Part shown: positions 51,528-61,640 of the stretch, piece after piece
Numbering within the stretch: position 1 is the stretch's first letter
Layout: each line of letters starts with the position of its first letter
Origin: Candidatus Velthaea sp.
GTDB taxonomy: Bacteria; Vulcanimicrobiota; Vulcanimicrobiia; Vulcanimicrobiales; Vulcanimicrobiaceae
Direction of reading: 5' to 3'
Length of the DNA stretch: 64,000 nucleotides
Assembly: GCA_965214935.1 (NCBI GenBank)
Contig: CBDCCS010000018.1
Span: forward strand, 256,001-320,000
The notes under the pieces: generated by a model
What the model saw: only the letters and a program-made list of their open reading frames with translations
Told to the model about the DNA's origin: nothing
Databases searched by the model: none
Program-made: the position numbers and the translations under genes

Positions 51528-53525
51528 ATGATTTTGCCGTGCCGCATAGCCGGCGCGCTCGCCGGCGTCGCCGTTTGCACGGGCAGCGCCTGCGCCGCCC
51601 TGCCGTCGCCGGCACTGGTCCCCGCTCCGCTGCACATCACGATGCGCGCTTGCACCGGCGGCGGCTTGAATCTCGACCGGCCGTTGCGCTTTCCCCCGAC
51701 GATCGACGCGGCGGGCTTTGCGCTGATACGCGAACGTTGGAGTGCGCTCGGCATCACCGCGCCGGTTCGGTCCGTACGAACGAACGTCACGCTTGCACCG
51801 GCGCTGATGCAGCCGATTTTAGCGCTCGGGCGATACACGCTTACCGTCACGCAAAACGCGGTGCGCCTTGCAAGTACCGGACCGGATCTGACGTTCGATG
51901 CGCTCGCAACGTTGGCGCAACTGCCCGTGCGGCGAGGCGTGCGTTGGCAGCTGCCATGCACCGTCATCGACGACGGGCCGGCGTTGGCCTGGCGCATTGT
52001 TTCGGACGATATCTCGCGCGGACCGTTTCCGACCATGCACTATTTTAAAGAGCGCATCCGCACGTTGGCGGGGCTCAAAATTAACGGCTGGTCGCCGTAT
52101 ATGGAGCAAGTGTTCGCAGATCCGGCGCATCCGTACGTTGCCTTTCCCAATGTTTTAAGCGCGGCGCAATTCGCTGAACTGACGCGGTATGCGGATCGCT
52201 ACCATGTGACGGTGATCCCCGAGCAGCAAACCTTCGCGCACATGCATGAGACGCTGAAGTTCGAGCAGCTTGCAAATCTCGCGGAGTTGCCGCACGGCTA
52301 TCTCTTGGCGCCGGACGATCCGGCGACGTATGCGTACCTTGAACCGCTGCTGCGCGCCGAATCACGCGCGGCCGGACGTCCGCCGTTTTTCCATATCGGT
52401 GCCGATGAGCCGATCGATTTGGGACGCGGCCGTACGCCGCGTACCGCGCAGGTGTTCGCCGGTCACGTCGGGCGGCTCGCGGCGGTCGTTGCGGCCGGCG
52501 GAAGCCGCCCGATGATTTGGGATGACGCGGTGCAACAGACTCCGGCAATTCTGAGCCTGCTTCCCAAGCGAACCGTCATCGTCAGTTTTCATTACGGCAC
52601 GGATGCGTCGTTTCGCCGCTTTTTAGATCCGGTTGCGGCGGCGGGTTTCGATCAGATGGTTGCGCCGGGAGCCGCAAACTGGAACGAGATCTATCCTGAT
52701 CTCGCAACCGCGTATACCAATGCGGCGCAGTTCGTGAACGACGGTCGAGCAGCGCACGTCTTAGGGATGTTCGAGACCGTTTGGCATGACGACGGCGAGT
52801 CGCTATTCGAGGCAACGTGGCCGGCCGTTGCGTTTGCCGCGGCGAGCGCATGGCAACGCCGGCCGGTCGACCGGGCGACCTGGCACGCAACGTTCGCTCG
52901 CGCGTTTTTCGGCACCGACGACCCGGCGTGGGCGCGCGATCTCGATGCGTTGCAAACGATCCGCTCGGGCTTGCGCTCGTCGCCCGTTAGCGATCCGCCG
53001 GATTACTTGTTTTGGAGCGATCCGTTCGACGCGCGTATCGATGCGAGAATGACCGCGCTCGATCTGCCCGCGTTGCGAAACCAGGCCGAAGACGTCCTCA
53101 CGCATCTTGCTCGAAGTGCGCCGCCCTTGCATCGTGCCGCGGCGGAGGTAATGCGGCTCGCAGCCCTGCGTTACGACACCTTGGGCCGGCGGTTTGAGAT
53201 CGGCCGCGAAACGCGCGCTTATTACGCGGATGCGCGCTCGCACGTTGCCGCGCATGACGACGGTGCGGTCTATCGCGGGCTCAACGTCGCAAAGTACTTG
53301 TGCTGGGAATTGCGCGACGAGCTGACCGCCATCGCGCCGCTGTATGCGCGCGCGTGGCGCTACGAAAGTACGCCGGCGGGACTCGATCGCGTACTCGTGC
53401 GTTACGAGCTTGCGGCCGAACGCGCGGTTGCCGCCGCCGATGCGCTCAACCGGGCGGCGCGCGAAACGTATTTGCGTGAGCGCACGCTGCCGCCGTTCGA
53501 TGACGTCGTGGAAGCCGCGCATTGA
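51528..53525 (+). CDS. Secreted GH20 beta-N-acetylhexosaminidase
   Basis: Signal-like N-terminus, DDISRGPFP, IPEQQTFAH, catalytic FHIGADE, MIWDD. Confidence 0.85.
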   Translation: MILPCRIAGALAGVAVCTGSACAALPSPALVPAPLHITMRACTGGGLNLDRPLRFPPTIDAAGFALIRERWSALGITAPVRSVRTNVTLAPALMQPILALGRYTLTVTQNAVRLASTGPDLTFDALATLAQLPVRRGVRWQLPCTVIDDGPALAWRIVSDDISRGPFPTMHYFKERIRTLAGLKINGWSPYMEQVFADPAHPYVAFPNVLSAAQFAELTRYADRYHVTVIPEQQTFAHMHETLKFEQLANLAELPHGYLLAPDDPATYAYLEPLLRAESRAAGRPPFFHIGADEPIDLGRGRTPRTAQVFAGHVGRLAAVVAAGGSRPMIWDDAVQQTPAILSLLPKRTVIVSFHYGTDASFRRFLDPVAAAGFDQMVAPGAANWNEIYPDLATAYTNAAQFVNDGRAAHVLGMFETVWHDDGESLFEATWPAVAFAAASAWQRRPVDRATWHATFARAFFGTDDPAWARDLDALQTIRSGLRSSPVSDPPDYLFWSDPFDARIDARMTALDLPALRNQAEDVLTHLARSAPPLHRAAAEVMRLAALRYDTLGRRFEIGRETRAYYADARSHVAAHDDGAVYRGLNVAKYLCWELRDELTAIAPLYARAWRYESTPAGLDRVLVRYELAAERAVAAADALNRAARETYLRERTLPPFDDVVEAAH

Positions 53526-55486
53526 CCGGCATCGCGATCGTCGCTGTGTTTGTTCTGCTCGCGGGCTTGATGATCGCGCGCAAACTCCCGGCTTTACTTG
53601 CCGTTCCGGTCATGGCGCTGGCGATCGGCGCTATTGCCGGTGCCGGTCCGAGCGGCGTTGCCGAGATTTTCGCCAAAGGCGCGGTCTTGCTGGCGCCGAC
53701 GATTGCGACGCTTATCTTCGGCGCGCTGTTGAGCCGCGTGGTGTTGTCCACCGGCATCGCCGAAGCGATCGTCGCCTTTGCGGCCGAATTCGGCGGCGAT
53801 CGGCCGCTCGTGCTCGCGCTCGTGGTGTGCGCGGCAGTCGCCGTCTTATTTACCTCGGTGACCGGGCTCGGCGCGATCATCATGATCGGGACGATCGTGC
53901 TGCCGGTCATGCTGACGGTCGGCGTTCCGCGCGCGACCGCCGCCACGTTATTTTTGATGGCGTTCGCACTGGGCTACATATTTAATTTGGCGCAATGGAA
54001 ATTCTACGGCCAAATCTTCGGCGTCGAGCAGAGCGCGTTCGGTCCGTACGTCGCGGTGCTTGCAGCGATCGAAGGGATCGCGATCGTCGTCTTCGCCGCA
54101 GTGCGCTCGCGTACGAACCGCGACTATGCAACGTTTGCCGTTGCGGCGCCGCTGCCCGAGCGGCGCGTTCATCCGATTGCCCTCGTAACGCCGATTCTGC
54201 CGGTCATCATCTATAAGGGACTGGGCGTCGATGCGACGGTAGCCTTTGCCGTTGCCGCGCTCTTCGGCGTATGCGTCACACGTCCGCGTGCTGCCGTGCA
54301 GACGCTCATGGCAGCCTGGATTCGCGGCGTCGAAGACGTTGCACCGGCGATCGTTCTAATGATCGGTATCGGAATGTTGCTGTTCGCGGCCAAACTGCCG
54401 GCGGTCGCCGGAGCCGTTACGCCGCTCATCGCCGTCCTGGCGCCGCGTACGCCGCTGGCATATGTTGTCGTCTTCGGCTTACTCAGTCCGCTGGCGCTTT
54501 ATCGCGGTCCGCTCAACCTGTACGGCGTCGGCATCGGCGTTTTCACGGTGCTTGCGACGCTGCACGTCATCGCGCCCGTCGCGCTCGTGGCCGCGGTAAT
54601 GGCCGTCGTACAAGTTCAGAATGTCTGCGATCCGACCAATACGCAGAACGTTTGGGTTGCGAACTTTACCGGCGTCGGCGTCGATCGCATCATGCGCTTG
54701 ACGCTCCCGTATCAGGTCGCCGTTGCAACCGTCGCGGTGATCGCAGTCGTCGTCTTCGGCGGGCGGCTTTTTGCGCAGGCACCGTTCTCGCTCGCCAAAC
54801 CTGCCGGCGCCGCCGAACTGGGCGGACTTACCGCCCCGGATGCGGCCGCCGAAACCATTGCCGTGCTTCCCGCGAATGCGCAAGCCGCTGATGCCGCGAC
54901 CGAGATCGTGCACGCCATCGCGCATGGCTGGCGCGGGTATCGCGCAATCGTTACCGACGTCGATCCGGGTGCCGGTCCGTGCGACGCCAAACCCTACGCC
55001 GCCGTTACGCGAGTCTCGGTCGAGCGCAACGGTCCGGAACGGGATATCGGAATCGAATTACTTGATTGCGGCGGCTGGTCGGTCGATCAATGGCACGCGC
55101 AAGGTAACGATATCTCCCGCTTAACTCTCGATGTGCTCTTTCGCATGCGGTTGTGGATGCACGACCGGCCGGTGCTTGCCGCAAATGTTTTCGGGCGTGG
55201 CTTAGCATACGATCCGGCCGACGGTCCGACGTATTTCTACACGTTGTTCAAGCCGGCCGACGGTTATATGCGAGCGCTAGTCCGGCCGGGTGGTCCGGCG
55301 TACGTTGCCGGCCTGCGAACCGGCGACGTGATCGACAAACTCGATAGCCGTTACTGGTGGGAATACGGCACCTATCAAACCGAGCTGCGCGCGTACGACG
55401 GTAAGCCGCATGCATTCGACGTCGAGCGCGGCGGTATCGGCGGCCCGCTCGTGCATGTCGCGCTCGGAACGCCGTTTCGTGGCTGA
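53522..55486 (+). CDS. Ion-transporter-superfamily permease (GntP/citrate transporter-like) fused to a C-terminal PDZ-containing domain
   Basis: About 420 hydrophobic residues (TGIAEAIV..AAEFGGD, YRGPLN, CDPTNTQNVW), then a soluble domain with GGPAYVAGLRTGDVIDKLD. Confidence 0.78.
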   Translation: MTGIAIVAVFVLLAGLMIARKLPALLAVPVMALAIGAIAGAGPSGVAEIFAKGAVLLAPTIATLIFGALLSRVVLSTGIAEAIVAFAAEFGGDRPLVLALVVCAAVAVLFTSVTGLGAIIMIGTIVLPVMLTVGVPRATAATLFLMAFALGYIFNLAQWKFYGQIFGVEQSAFGPYVAVLAAIEGIAIVVFAAVRSRTNRDYATFAVAAPLPERRVHPIALVTPILPVIIYKGLGVDATVAFAVAALFGVCVTRPRAAVQTLMAAWIRGVEDVAPAIVLMIGIGMLLFAAKLPAVAGAVTPLIAVLAPRTPLAYVVVFGLLSPLALYRGPLNLYGVGIGVFTVLATLHVIAPVALVAAVMAVVQVQNVCDPTNTQNVWVANFTGVGVDRIMRLTLPYQVAVATVAVIAVVVFGGRLFAQAPFSLAKPAGAAELGGLTAPDAAAETIAVLPANAQAADAATEIVHAIAHGWRGYRAIVTDVDPGAGPCDAKPYAAVTRVSVERNGPERDIGIELLDCGGWSVDQWHAQGNDISRLTLDVLFRMRLWMHDRPVLAANVFGRGLAYDPADGPTYFYTLFKPADGYMRALVRPGGPAYVAGLRTGDVIDKLDSRYWWEYGTYQTELRAYDGKPHAFDVERGGIGGPLVHVALGTPFRG

Positions 55487-55525
55487 GCGCCGCCGCCGTC
55501 AAGCCGGCATCGCGTAGCTGCCCGC

Positions 55526-56866
55526 ATGCGCGTCGCCGACGTTTTCAAAATCGGAATCGGTCCTTCGAGTTCGCACACTGTCGGACCGATGCGCGCCGCC
55601 CGGCAATTCTTGCTTTCGTTAGGCGACCGGCTCGCCGACGTCGTGCGCGTCGAGATCCGGCTGTACGGCTCGCTGGCGCTGACCGGACGCGGACACGCCA
55701 CCGATCGCGCACTCGTACTCGGCCTTGCGGGTTATCGTCCCGACACGGTTCCGCCCGGCATCGTCATTGCGCTGCCGGACGCCGTCCGCGCCGCCTGCCG
55801 AATCGAATTGCTTGGCCGGCGCGCTATCGCGTTCGCGCCGCAGCGCGACATCGTATTCTGTCCGGATGCTTTGCTTCCTCAGCACTCGAACGGGATGCGC
55901 TTTTCCGCTTTCGACGCGTTCGGCGTCCTCCACGCAAGCGAGTATTTTTCCATCGGCGGCGGGAGCGTCGAAGGCCCGGGGTTTACCGCTGCTAGCGCGG
56001 CAGAATCGACTCCGTTTCCGTTTGAATCGGCGGCCGCATTGTTGGCCCTCGCGGATGCGCGGCGCCGGACGCTTTGGCAGATCGTCGAGGCGAACGAGAT
56101 TGCGCTTGCGCCTCTACCTGTCTTGAACGCCTACCTCGCCGACGTTTGGCGTACCATGCAAGAAAGTGCGGCGAGCGGTTTGCAGACCGAGGGCATCCTG
56201 CCGGGTGGGCTCAACGTGCGCCGGCGTGCTCCGCGATTATATGCAAGGCATCGCGCGGCGGCGCATGCCGACGGTTTGGCCGCGATGGACTACGTCAACG
56301 TCGTTGCAATTGCCGTGAACGAAGAAAATGCAGCGGGCGGACGGGTCGTCACCGCGCCGACGAACGGAGCGGCAGGCCTGTTACCGGCCGTCCTGCACTA
56401 TTATCGCGACTACGTTACGGGTGCATCGGAGACCGGAATCCGCGCGTTTCTTTTGACCGCAGCGGCGATCGGCATGCTTTACAAACGCAACGCGTCGATT
56501 TCGGGCGCCGAAGTCGGTTGTCAAGGCGAAGTCGGCGTCGCCTGCTCGATGGCGGCCGGCGGACTCGTGGCGGCGATGAACGGCAGCAACGAGCAAGTCG
56601 AACATGCCGCGGAGATTGCGATGGAGCACAATCTCGGTATGACGTGCGATCCGATCGGCGGGCTGGTACAAATACCGTGCATCGAACGGAACGCGATCGG
56701 AGCGGTTAAGGCGATCAACGCCGCCCGCCTGGCGTTCAACAACGAGGAACATAAAGTTTCGCTCGATGCCGTCATCGACGTCATGTACCGGACCGGCTTA
56801 GACATGCAATCGAAATACAAAGAAACGTCACTGGGCGGTCTAGCCGTCGGCGTCGTCGAATGTTGA
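55526..56866 (+). CDS. sdaA: L-serine dehydratase (Fe-S, single chain)
   Basis: [56 protein letters not shown]. Confidence 0.97.
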   Translation: MRVADVFKIGIGPSSSHTVGPMRAARQFLLSLGDRLADVVRVEIRLYGSLALTGRGHATDRALVLGLAGYRPDTVPPGIVIALPDAVRAACRIELLGRRAIAFAPQRDIVFCPDALLPQHSNGMRFSAFDAFGVLHASEYFSIGGGSVEGPGFTAASAAESTPFPFESAAALLALADARRRTLWQIVEANEIALAPLPVLNAYLADVWRTMQESAASGLQTEGILPGGLNVRRRAPRLYARHRAAAHADGLAAMDYVNVVAIAVNEENAAGGRVVTAPTNGAAGLLPAVLHYYRDYVTGASETGIRAFLLTAAAIGMLYKRNASISGAEVGCQGEVGVACSMAAGGLVAAMNGSNEQVEHAAEIAMEHNLGMTCDPIGGLVQIPCIERNAIGAVKAINAARLAFNNEEHKVSLDAVIDVMYRTGLDMQSKYKETSLGGLAVGVVEC

Positions 56867-57063
56867 GCGAAGCGCGCAATGAGGCCCGTCGCGATCGCTC
56901 GCATGGCACCGTTGGAAGTAACGTGCAGCGCCGCCTTGCGTTGCTTGATCTGCGCTCGCGCGGCGGTCGTCGATGCCGCTGATGCTCGAAGATTTGTAGC
57001 GATTCGGACGGCCGCTCAGAGTGTCATGGCGTTGGCACAAGATGGGCGTATAAAGAAACAACT

Positions 57064-57897
57064 GTGAACGTTGCACCGCTGCAAAAGCAAGACTTTTGGC
57101 TTTTCCTTCATGACTTGATCTTTAATATTCCGGCGCCGGTGTTAAGCGTCGTCGAGTATGCCGTTGCATTGCTCGTCGTCGTCGGATTCATCGGCTGCGC
57201 AGCGCGTATTTGGCGCGGTGACCGGTTCGAGTTCGGTCCAGTGAGAATCGAGCGTGCGAAGATCGTCGACGACCTGCAAACGGCGCTGCGCGATATGAGC
57301 CGCGACGACAAACTCAAAGGCAACGTTTTGTGGCTGGTGCGCGATCGCTTGAATGAAGCCAAGCGCATCGTGCGCGACGGCGTCGACGACGGCGCGGTGA
57401 AGTCGTGGTGCGGCGAAGTGCTCGTCGATGTCGCAACCGCGATGAGTCGCGGCGGTCACGATCGGCATCGCGCATCGCTGTGGATTTGCGGCGCGGGCGG
57501 TTTGCGCATGTACAACGGCAATGGGTTCCGTCAAGAAGCAGTAGAGCGTGCGACGCTGCCGCTGGAATCGATCGCCGGCAACGTGTTCGTAACCGGAACG
57601 AGCTACAATTCGATCGCCGTCGACGCCGACCGCGCCTTTTTTCCAAAGCCGCGTTCGGGCCGGGCGTATCAGTCGCTGCTATCGGTACCGGTAAAAGCTT
57701 GCTCGGGGAAAACGATTGCAATCTTGTGTGTCGACGCCGAAGCACGCGGCTATTTCGATCGCGACGACGAGTTCTTCGCCGGCTGTTTTGCCGATCTGAT
57801 CGCGTTGCTCGTCGCGCAAATTATCGTTGAGAACGGCACGCCGCACGAGCCTTCGTGCAACCGCAACGGGGAGAGCGTTTGTGAAGTCGCCGGATAA
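57064..57897 (+). CDS. Membrane-anchored GAF-domain protein without output domain
   Basis: N-terminal TM, SIAGNVF, YQSLLSVPV, ILCVDA...F..DD. Confidence 0.72.
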   Translation: MNVAPLQKQDFWLFLHDLIFNIPAPVLSVVEYAVALLVVVGFIGCAARIWRGDRFEFGPVRIERAKIVDDLQTALRDMSRDDKLKGNVLWLVRDRLNEAKRIVRDGVDDGAVKSWCGEVLVDVATAMSRGGHDRHRASLWICGAGGLRMYNGNGFRQEAVERATLPLESIAGNVFVTGTSYNSIAVDADRAFFPKPRSGRAYQSLLSVPVKACSGKTIAILCVDAEARGYFDRDDEFFAGCFADLIALLVAQIIVENGTPHEPSCNRNGESVCEVAG

Positions 57898-58096
57898 CCC
57901 GGACGTGCATCCGGCGGAATGCAAAACCGTTACCGATTGGGAGGCGGTTTGTCGCCGCCTGGCCGATTTACGCCGCCGTACCGACGGTAACGCGCGTTGC
58001 CGGGCGATCCTTGCGCGGCTCAAGTATCTGCCGCATCCTCGCGCGGCCCTGCCGACCTGGAATCGCGCGAAACCTTCGCGAACGAAACATCCATGA
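57881..58096 (+). CDS. Possible small basic hypothetical protein
   Basis: GTG-started 71-aa ORF whose stop overlaps the dipeptidase ATG (ATGA). Confidence 0.35.
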   Translation: MKSPDNPDVHPAECKTVTDWEAVCRRLADLRRRTDGNARCRAILARLKYLPHPRAALPTWNRAKPSRTKHP

Positions 58097-59481
58097 TTGC
58101 GCCGTCGACCGTTACGCTCATCGATTACGTTCGCCGTAACCGCGAGCGGTACGTGAACGAACTTAAAGCATGGATCGCCAATCCGTCGATCTCCGCCGAT
58201 CCCACGCGCCATGCCGACGTTCGCAGGTCGGCCGAAGCGGTCGTTGCACGGATGCGCGCCGCCGGTTTGACCGAGGCGCACGTGCTTGAAACCGCCGGCT
58301 TACCCGTTGCTTACGGCTCGTGGCTCCATGCGCCGGGCGCGCCGACGATTCTCATCTACGGTCATCATGATGTGCAGCCCGCCGACCCGTTCGAGCTTTG
58401 GACGACGCCGCCGTTTGAAGGCACCGTTCGGGACGGTAAGATTTTCGGACGCGGCTCGGTCGACGATAAAGGCCAAGTGCTTATGCATCTCGCCGCCCTC
58501 GAAGCGCACTTGCAGTCGAACGGCGCGCTGCCGCTCAACGTCAAGCTCGTCATCGAAGGTGAAGAAGAAATCGGTTCGCCGAACTTCGAGGCGTTTCTCG
58601 ACGCGAACCGCGAACGGTTGCAGTGCGACGTCGCGGTCATATCCGATACGGCGGTCTTCGCCGAAGGCGTTCCGTCTTTGACCGTCTCGTTACGAGGTCT
58701 CGTGCATTGGCAAGTGACGGTGCATGGACCATCGAGCGATCTGCACTCCGGTTACTACGGCGGTGTCGTGAAGAACCCGCTGGAGGCACTCGCGCAACTG
58801 TTAGCCGCACTCAAAGATGCCGACGGTCGGGTGACCGTACCGGGCTTTTACGACGGCGTGCGCGAGTCGACATCCGCCGAACGTGCAGAGATTGCCGCAT
58901 TACCCTTCGATGAGGCCAAAGAAGCCGCATTACTGGGCGTCGGCGAACTTTGCGGTGAGGCCGGACGTCTGCCGCTCGAACGGATGTGGATGCGTCCGAC
59001 GCTTGAGATCAACGGGATGTACGGCGGATATCAAGGTCCCGGCAGCAAGACGATCGTGCCGAGTTTTGCTACAGCGAAGCTCTCGGCGCGTCTTGTGCCG
59101 AATCAAGATCCCGCGGCCGTGAAGCATGCCGTGCAAACGCATCTCGAACGGCACGTGCCGCGCGGCGTGCGCGTTGACGTTCGATCCGACGGCGACGTGC
59201 GCGCGGTTGAAACGTCACGCAGTCATCCGGCCGTAATGGCGGCCGCGCGTGCGATGGAGCGCGGTTTCGGCAAATCGCCGGTGTTTATCGGGACCGGCGG
59301 TACGATCGGTCCGGTCTCCTCGTTCGATCGCATCCTGCACTTACCGCAAGTGCTCGTCGGCGTCGGCTTACCCGACGATGCGATTCACGCACCGAATGAA
59401 AAGTTCGATCTCAATCAGTTCTATTGCGGCATCGAAACGATGACATATCTGTACGACGAGCTCGCCGCGGCATTAGCCTGA
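58093..59481 (+). CDS. M20 family dipeptidase
   Basis: YGHHDVQP, GRGSVDDKGQ, EGEEEIGS, DLHSG, HAPNEK. Confidence 0.93.
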   Translation: MIAPSTVTLIDYVRRNRERYVNELKAWIANPSISADPTRHADVRRSAEAVVARMRAAGLTEAHVLETAGLPVAYGSWLHAPGAPTILIYGHHDVQPADPFELWTTPPFEGTVRDGKIFGRGSVDDKGQVLMHLAALEAHLQSNGALPLNVKLVIEGEEEIGSPNFEAFLDANRERLQCDVAVISDTAVFAEGVPSLTVSLRGLVHWQVTVHGPSSDLHSGYYGGVVKNPLEALAQLLAALKDADGRVTVPGFYDGVRESTSAERAEIAALPFDEAKEAALLGVGELCGEAGRLPLERMWMRPTLEINGMYGGYQGPGSKTIVPSFATAKLSARLVPNQDPAAVKHAVQTHLERHVPRGVRVDVRSDGDVRAVETSRSHPAVMAAARAMERGFGKSPVFIGTGGTIGPVSSFDRILHLPQVLVGVGLPDDAIHAPNEKFDLNQFYCGIETMTYLYDELAAALA

Positions 59482-59497
59482 CCGGCGATTCTTCCGG

Positions 59498-61582
59498 TTG
59501 GGCAGTCGAACGCTGAAGCGGCCGGTTCGCATCGGTATCGACGTCGGCGGAACGTTCACCGACGTCGTTGCCGTCGATGCAATGAGTCGAACGCTTCTTG
59601 CATCGGTTAAAGTCCCGACGACGCACGACCATATCGACGGCGTCGCCGCGGGCATCGTCCTGGGTCTCGAGCGGTTGCTGCGCGAGCACGAGATCGATCC
59701 GGCGACTGTTACGTTCATCGCCCACTCGACGACGCAAGCCACGAACGCATTGCTCGAGGGCGATTTAGCGCGGGTCGGCGTCGTGCGAATCGGCAACGCG
59801 TTCGCCCGCTGGTCGATGCACTTTGCACCGATCTCGCTGGGCAACGCCGGCCGCTTTGCACCGGACTTTTACGATGTTACCGATCGGGCGAGCGATCGCG
59901 CGGTGCTTCTCGCACGCATGACCGCCGACCGCATTGAAGCGGTCGCCGTGTCGGCGGCGTTTTCCGTCGACCGGCCGGCCGGCGAAATGACGGTCGTATC
60001 GGCGGCGCGCGCGGCCGGAATTGCCGCCACGTCGGGCGCCGAAGTCTCGACCATGTATGGGCTGCGGGCCCGCACGCGGACCGCGGCGATCAATGCAGCA
60101 ATTTTGCCGCGCATGCTACAAACGTCGCGCGTTACCAAGATCGCCGTCGAAGCGTCGCACATACCCGCGCCGCTGATGATCATGCGCAGCGACGGCGGCG
60201 TGATGGACGTCGGTGAAGTCGAGCGACGGCCGATTCTGACGCTGCTTTCGGGACCGGCCGCCGGCATTGCCGGAGCGCTATTCGCCGAAAACGTCAGCGA
60301 TGGTATCTTCATTGAGATCGGCGGAACGAGTGCCGATTGTTCGGTCATCAAGCGCGGCCAGCCGCAATTGCGTCCGGCGCGGATCGGCGGCTATCGGACC
60401 CTGTTGCGAACGCTCGACGTGCGTACGCTGGCCATCGCCGGCGGGTCGCTCGTTCGGATTGAAAACGGTACAATCGCCGATGTCGGTCCGCGTTCGGCGC
60501 ATATCGCCGGGATGCGCTACGCTGCGTTCAGCGATGCTTCGGCGATCGCCGCAGCGGACGTGGTGTTCGATGACGGAGTTGCGTCGCTGCGGGCTGCCGA
60601 TGGCACGCGAATCGCAATCACGCCGACCTGCGCGGCGAATGCGCTGGACCTTGTACCGCAATCCGCCTTTGCGCACGGGGACGGCGCGGCGGCGCGGGTC
60701 GCCTTCGCCCGCATCGCCGTTGCGCTGCGAAGCAACGGTGATTCGCTGGCGCACGACGTTTTGAACCGCGCTACGGAAAAGCTGCGCGTCGCGATCGCCG
60801 AACTGATTGCCGATTATGGTCTCGATCCCGCGCACGTAACGATTGTCGGCGGCGGCGGCGGAGCTGCGGCCCTTATACCGTATGCAGCGAAGCGGCTTGG
60901 ATTCGCCGCGCGCCTCGCTCGCCACGCAGAAGTCATATCGCCTCTGGGCGTCGCGCTGGCCCTTGTCCGCGACGTCGTCGAGCGCACGATCGTCGACCCG
61001 ACGCCGAACGATCTGCTGCGCGTCCGGCGGGAAGCGATTGACGCTGCGCTTGCGGCCGGCGCCGCGCTCGACGGTATCGAAGTCACCGTCGACATCGATC
61101 GCTCGCGCAATAGCGTGCGCGCTACGGCGTCCGGCGCCGCTGCACTCGTCGAGCCGGGCGAAGCCGGCAGCACGGTCGATGAGACCGATCGTCGCCGAAT
61201 AGCGGAGCGCTACTTGCGCGCGGAACCCGAGCGTGAACCCGTGCTTGCCGGAACGTTTGCGCTCTATAGCTCCGTGCAACCGCCGGCGGTATGCATCATC
61301 GACGAGCGTGGCGTCGTGCGCGCCGTCCTGCCGAACGCATCCGTCTTGCCCGCCACTGCGGCGAATCTCACGGCAATCTTGACCGCGGCGTTCGAGCGTT
61401 TTACCCGGTTCGGCGATGTCGGCCGCGCCTTACCGGACGTGCGGCTGGTATACGGACGCCGGATCGCCGATCTTGGCGGCGTAACGCACGCGGATGCCGC
61501 GCTTGCGCTGGCTCGAGACGAAATCGCCGGCTGCGATCCGTCTTCCGTCATTGCCGTGGTCGCCGCACCGCGCAGCGCATAG
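59498..61582 (+). CDS. Hydantoinase A/oxoprolinase family protein (ASKHA fold)
   Basis: RIGIDVGGTFTD, HSTTQATNALLE, MRSDGG, LLSGPAAG, EIGGTSAD, VGPRSA. Confidence 0.9.
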   Translation: MGSRTLKRPVRIGIDVGGTFTDVVAVDAMSRTLLASVKVPTTHDHIDGVAAGIVLGLERLLREHEIDPATVTFIAHSTTQATNALLEGDLARVGVVRIGNAFARWSMHFAPISLGNAGRFAPDFYDVTDRASDRAVLLARMTADRIEAVAVSAAFSVDRPAGEMTVVSAARAAGIAATSGAEVSTMYGLRARTRTAAINAAILPRMLQTSRVTKIAVEASHIPAPLMIMRSDGGVMDVGEVERRPILTLLSGPAAGIAGALFAENVSDGIFIEIGGTSADCSVIKRGQPQLRPARIGGYRTLLRTLDVRTLAIAGGSLVRIENGTIADVGPRSAHIAGMRYAAFSDASAIAAADVVFDDGVASLRAADGTRIAITPTCAANALDLVPQSAFAHGDGAAARVAFARIAVALRSNGDSLAHDVLNRATEKLRVAIAELIADYGLDPAHVTIVGGGGGAAALIPYAAKRLGFAARLARHAEVISPLGVALALVRDVVERTIVDPTPNDLLRVRREAIDAALAAGAALDGIEVTVDIDRSRNSVRATASGAAALVEPGEAGSTVDETDRRRIAERYLRAEPEREPVLAGTFALYSSVQPPAVCIIDERGVVRAVLPNASVLPATAANLTAILTAAFERFTRFGDVGRALPDVRLVYGRRIADLGGVTHADAALALARDEIAGCDPSSVIAVVAAPRSA

Positions 61583-61640
61583 CGCTTTGCGAAACGCCGG
61601 CCGGCCGAACCACACGCACGACGATTGCGTTAGCGGCGAT

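Noticed and set aside
51132..52036. Apparent 900-nt bidirectional overlap of the binding protein and GH20
   Set aside because: Artefact of longest-ORF calling. The signal peptides begin at 51394 (-) and 51528 (+).
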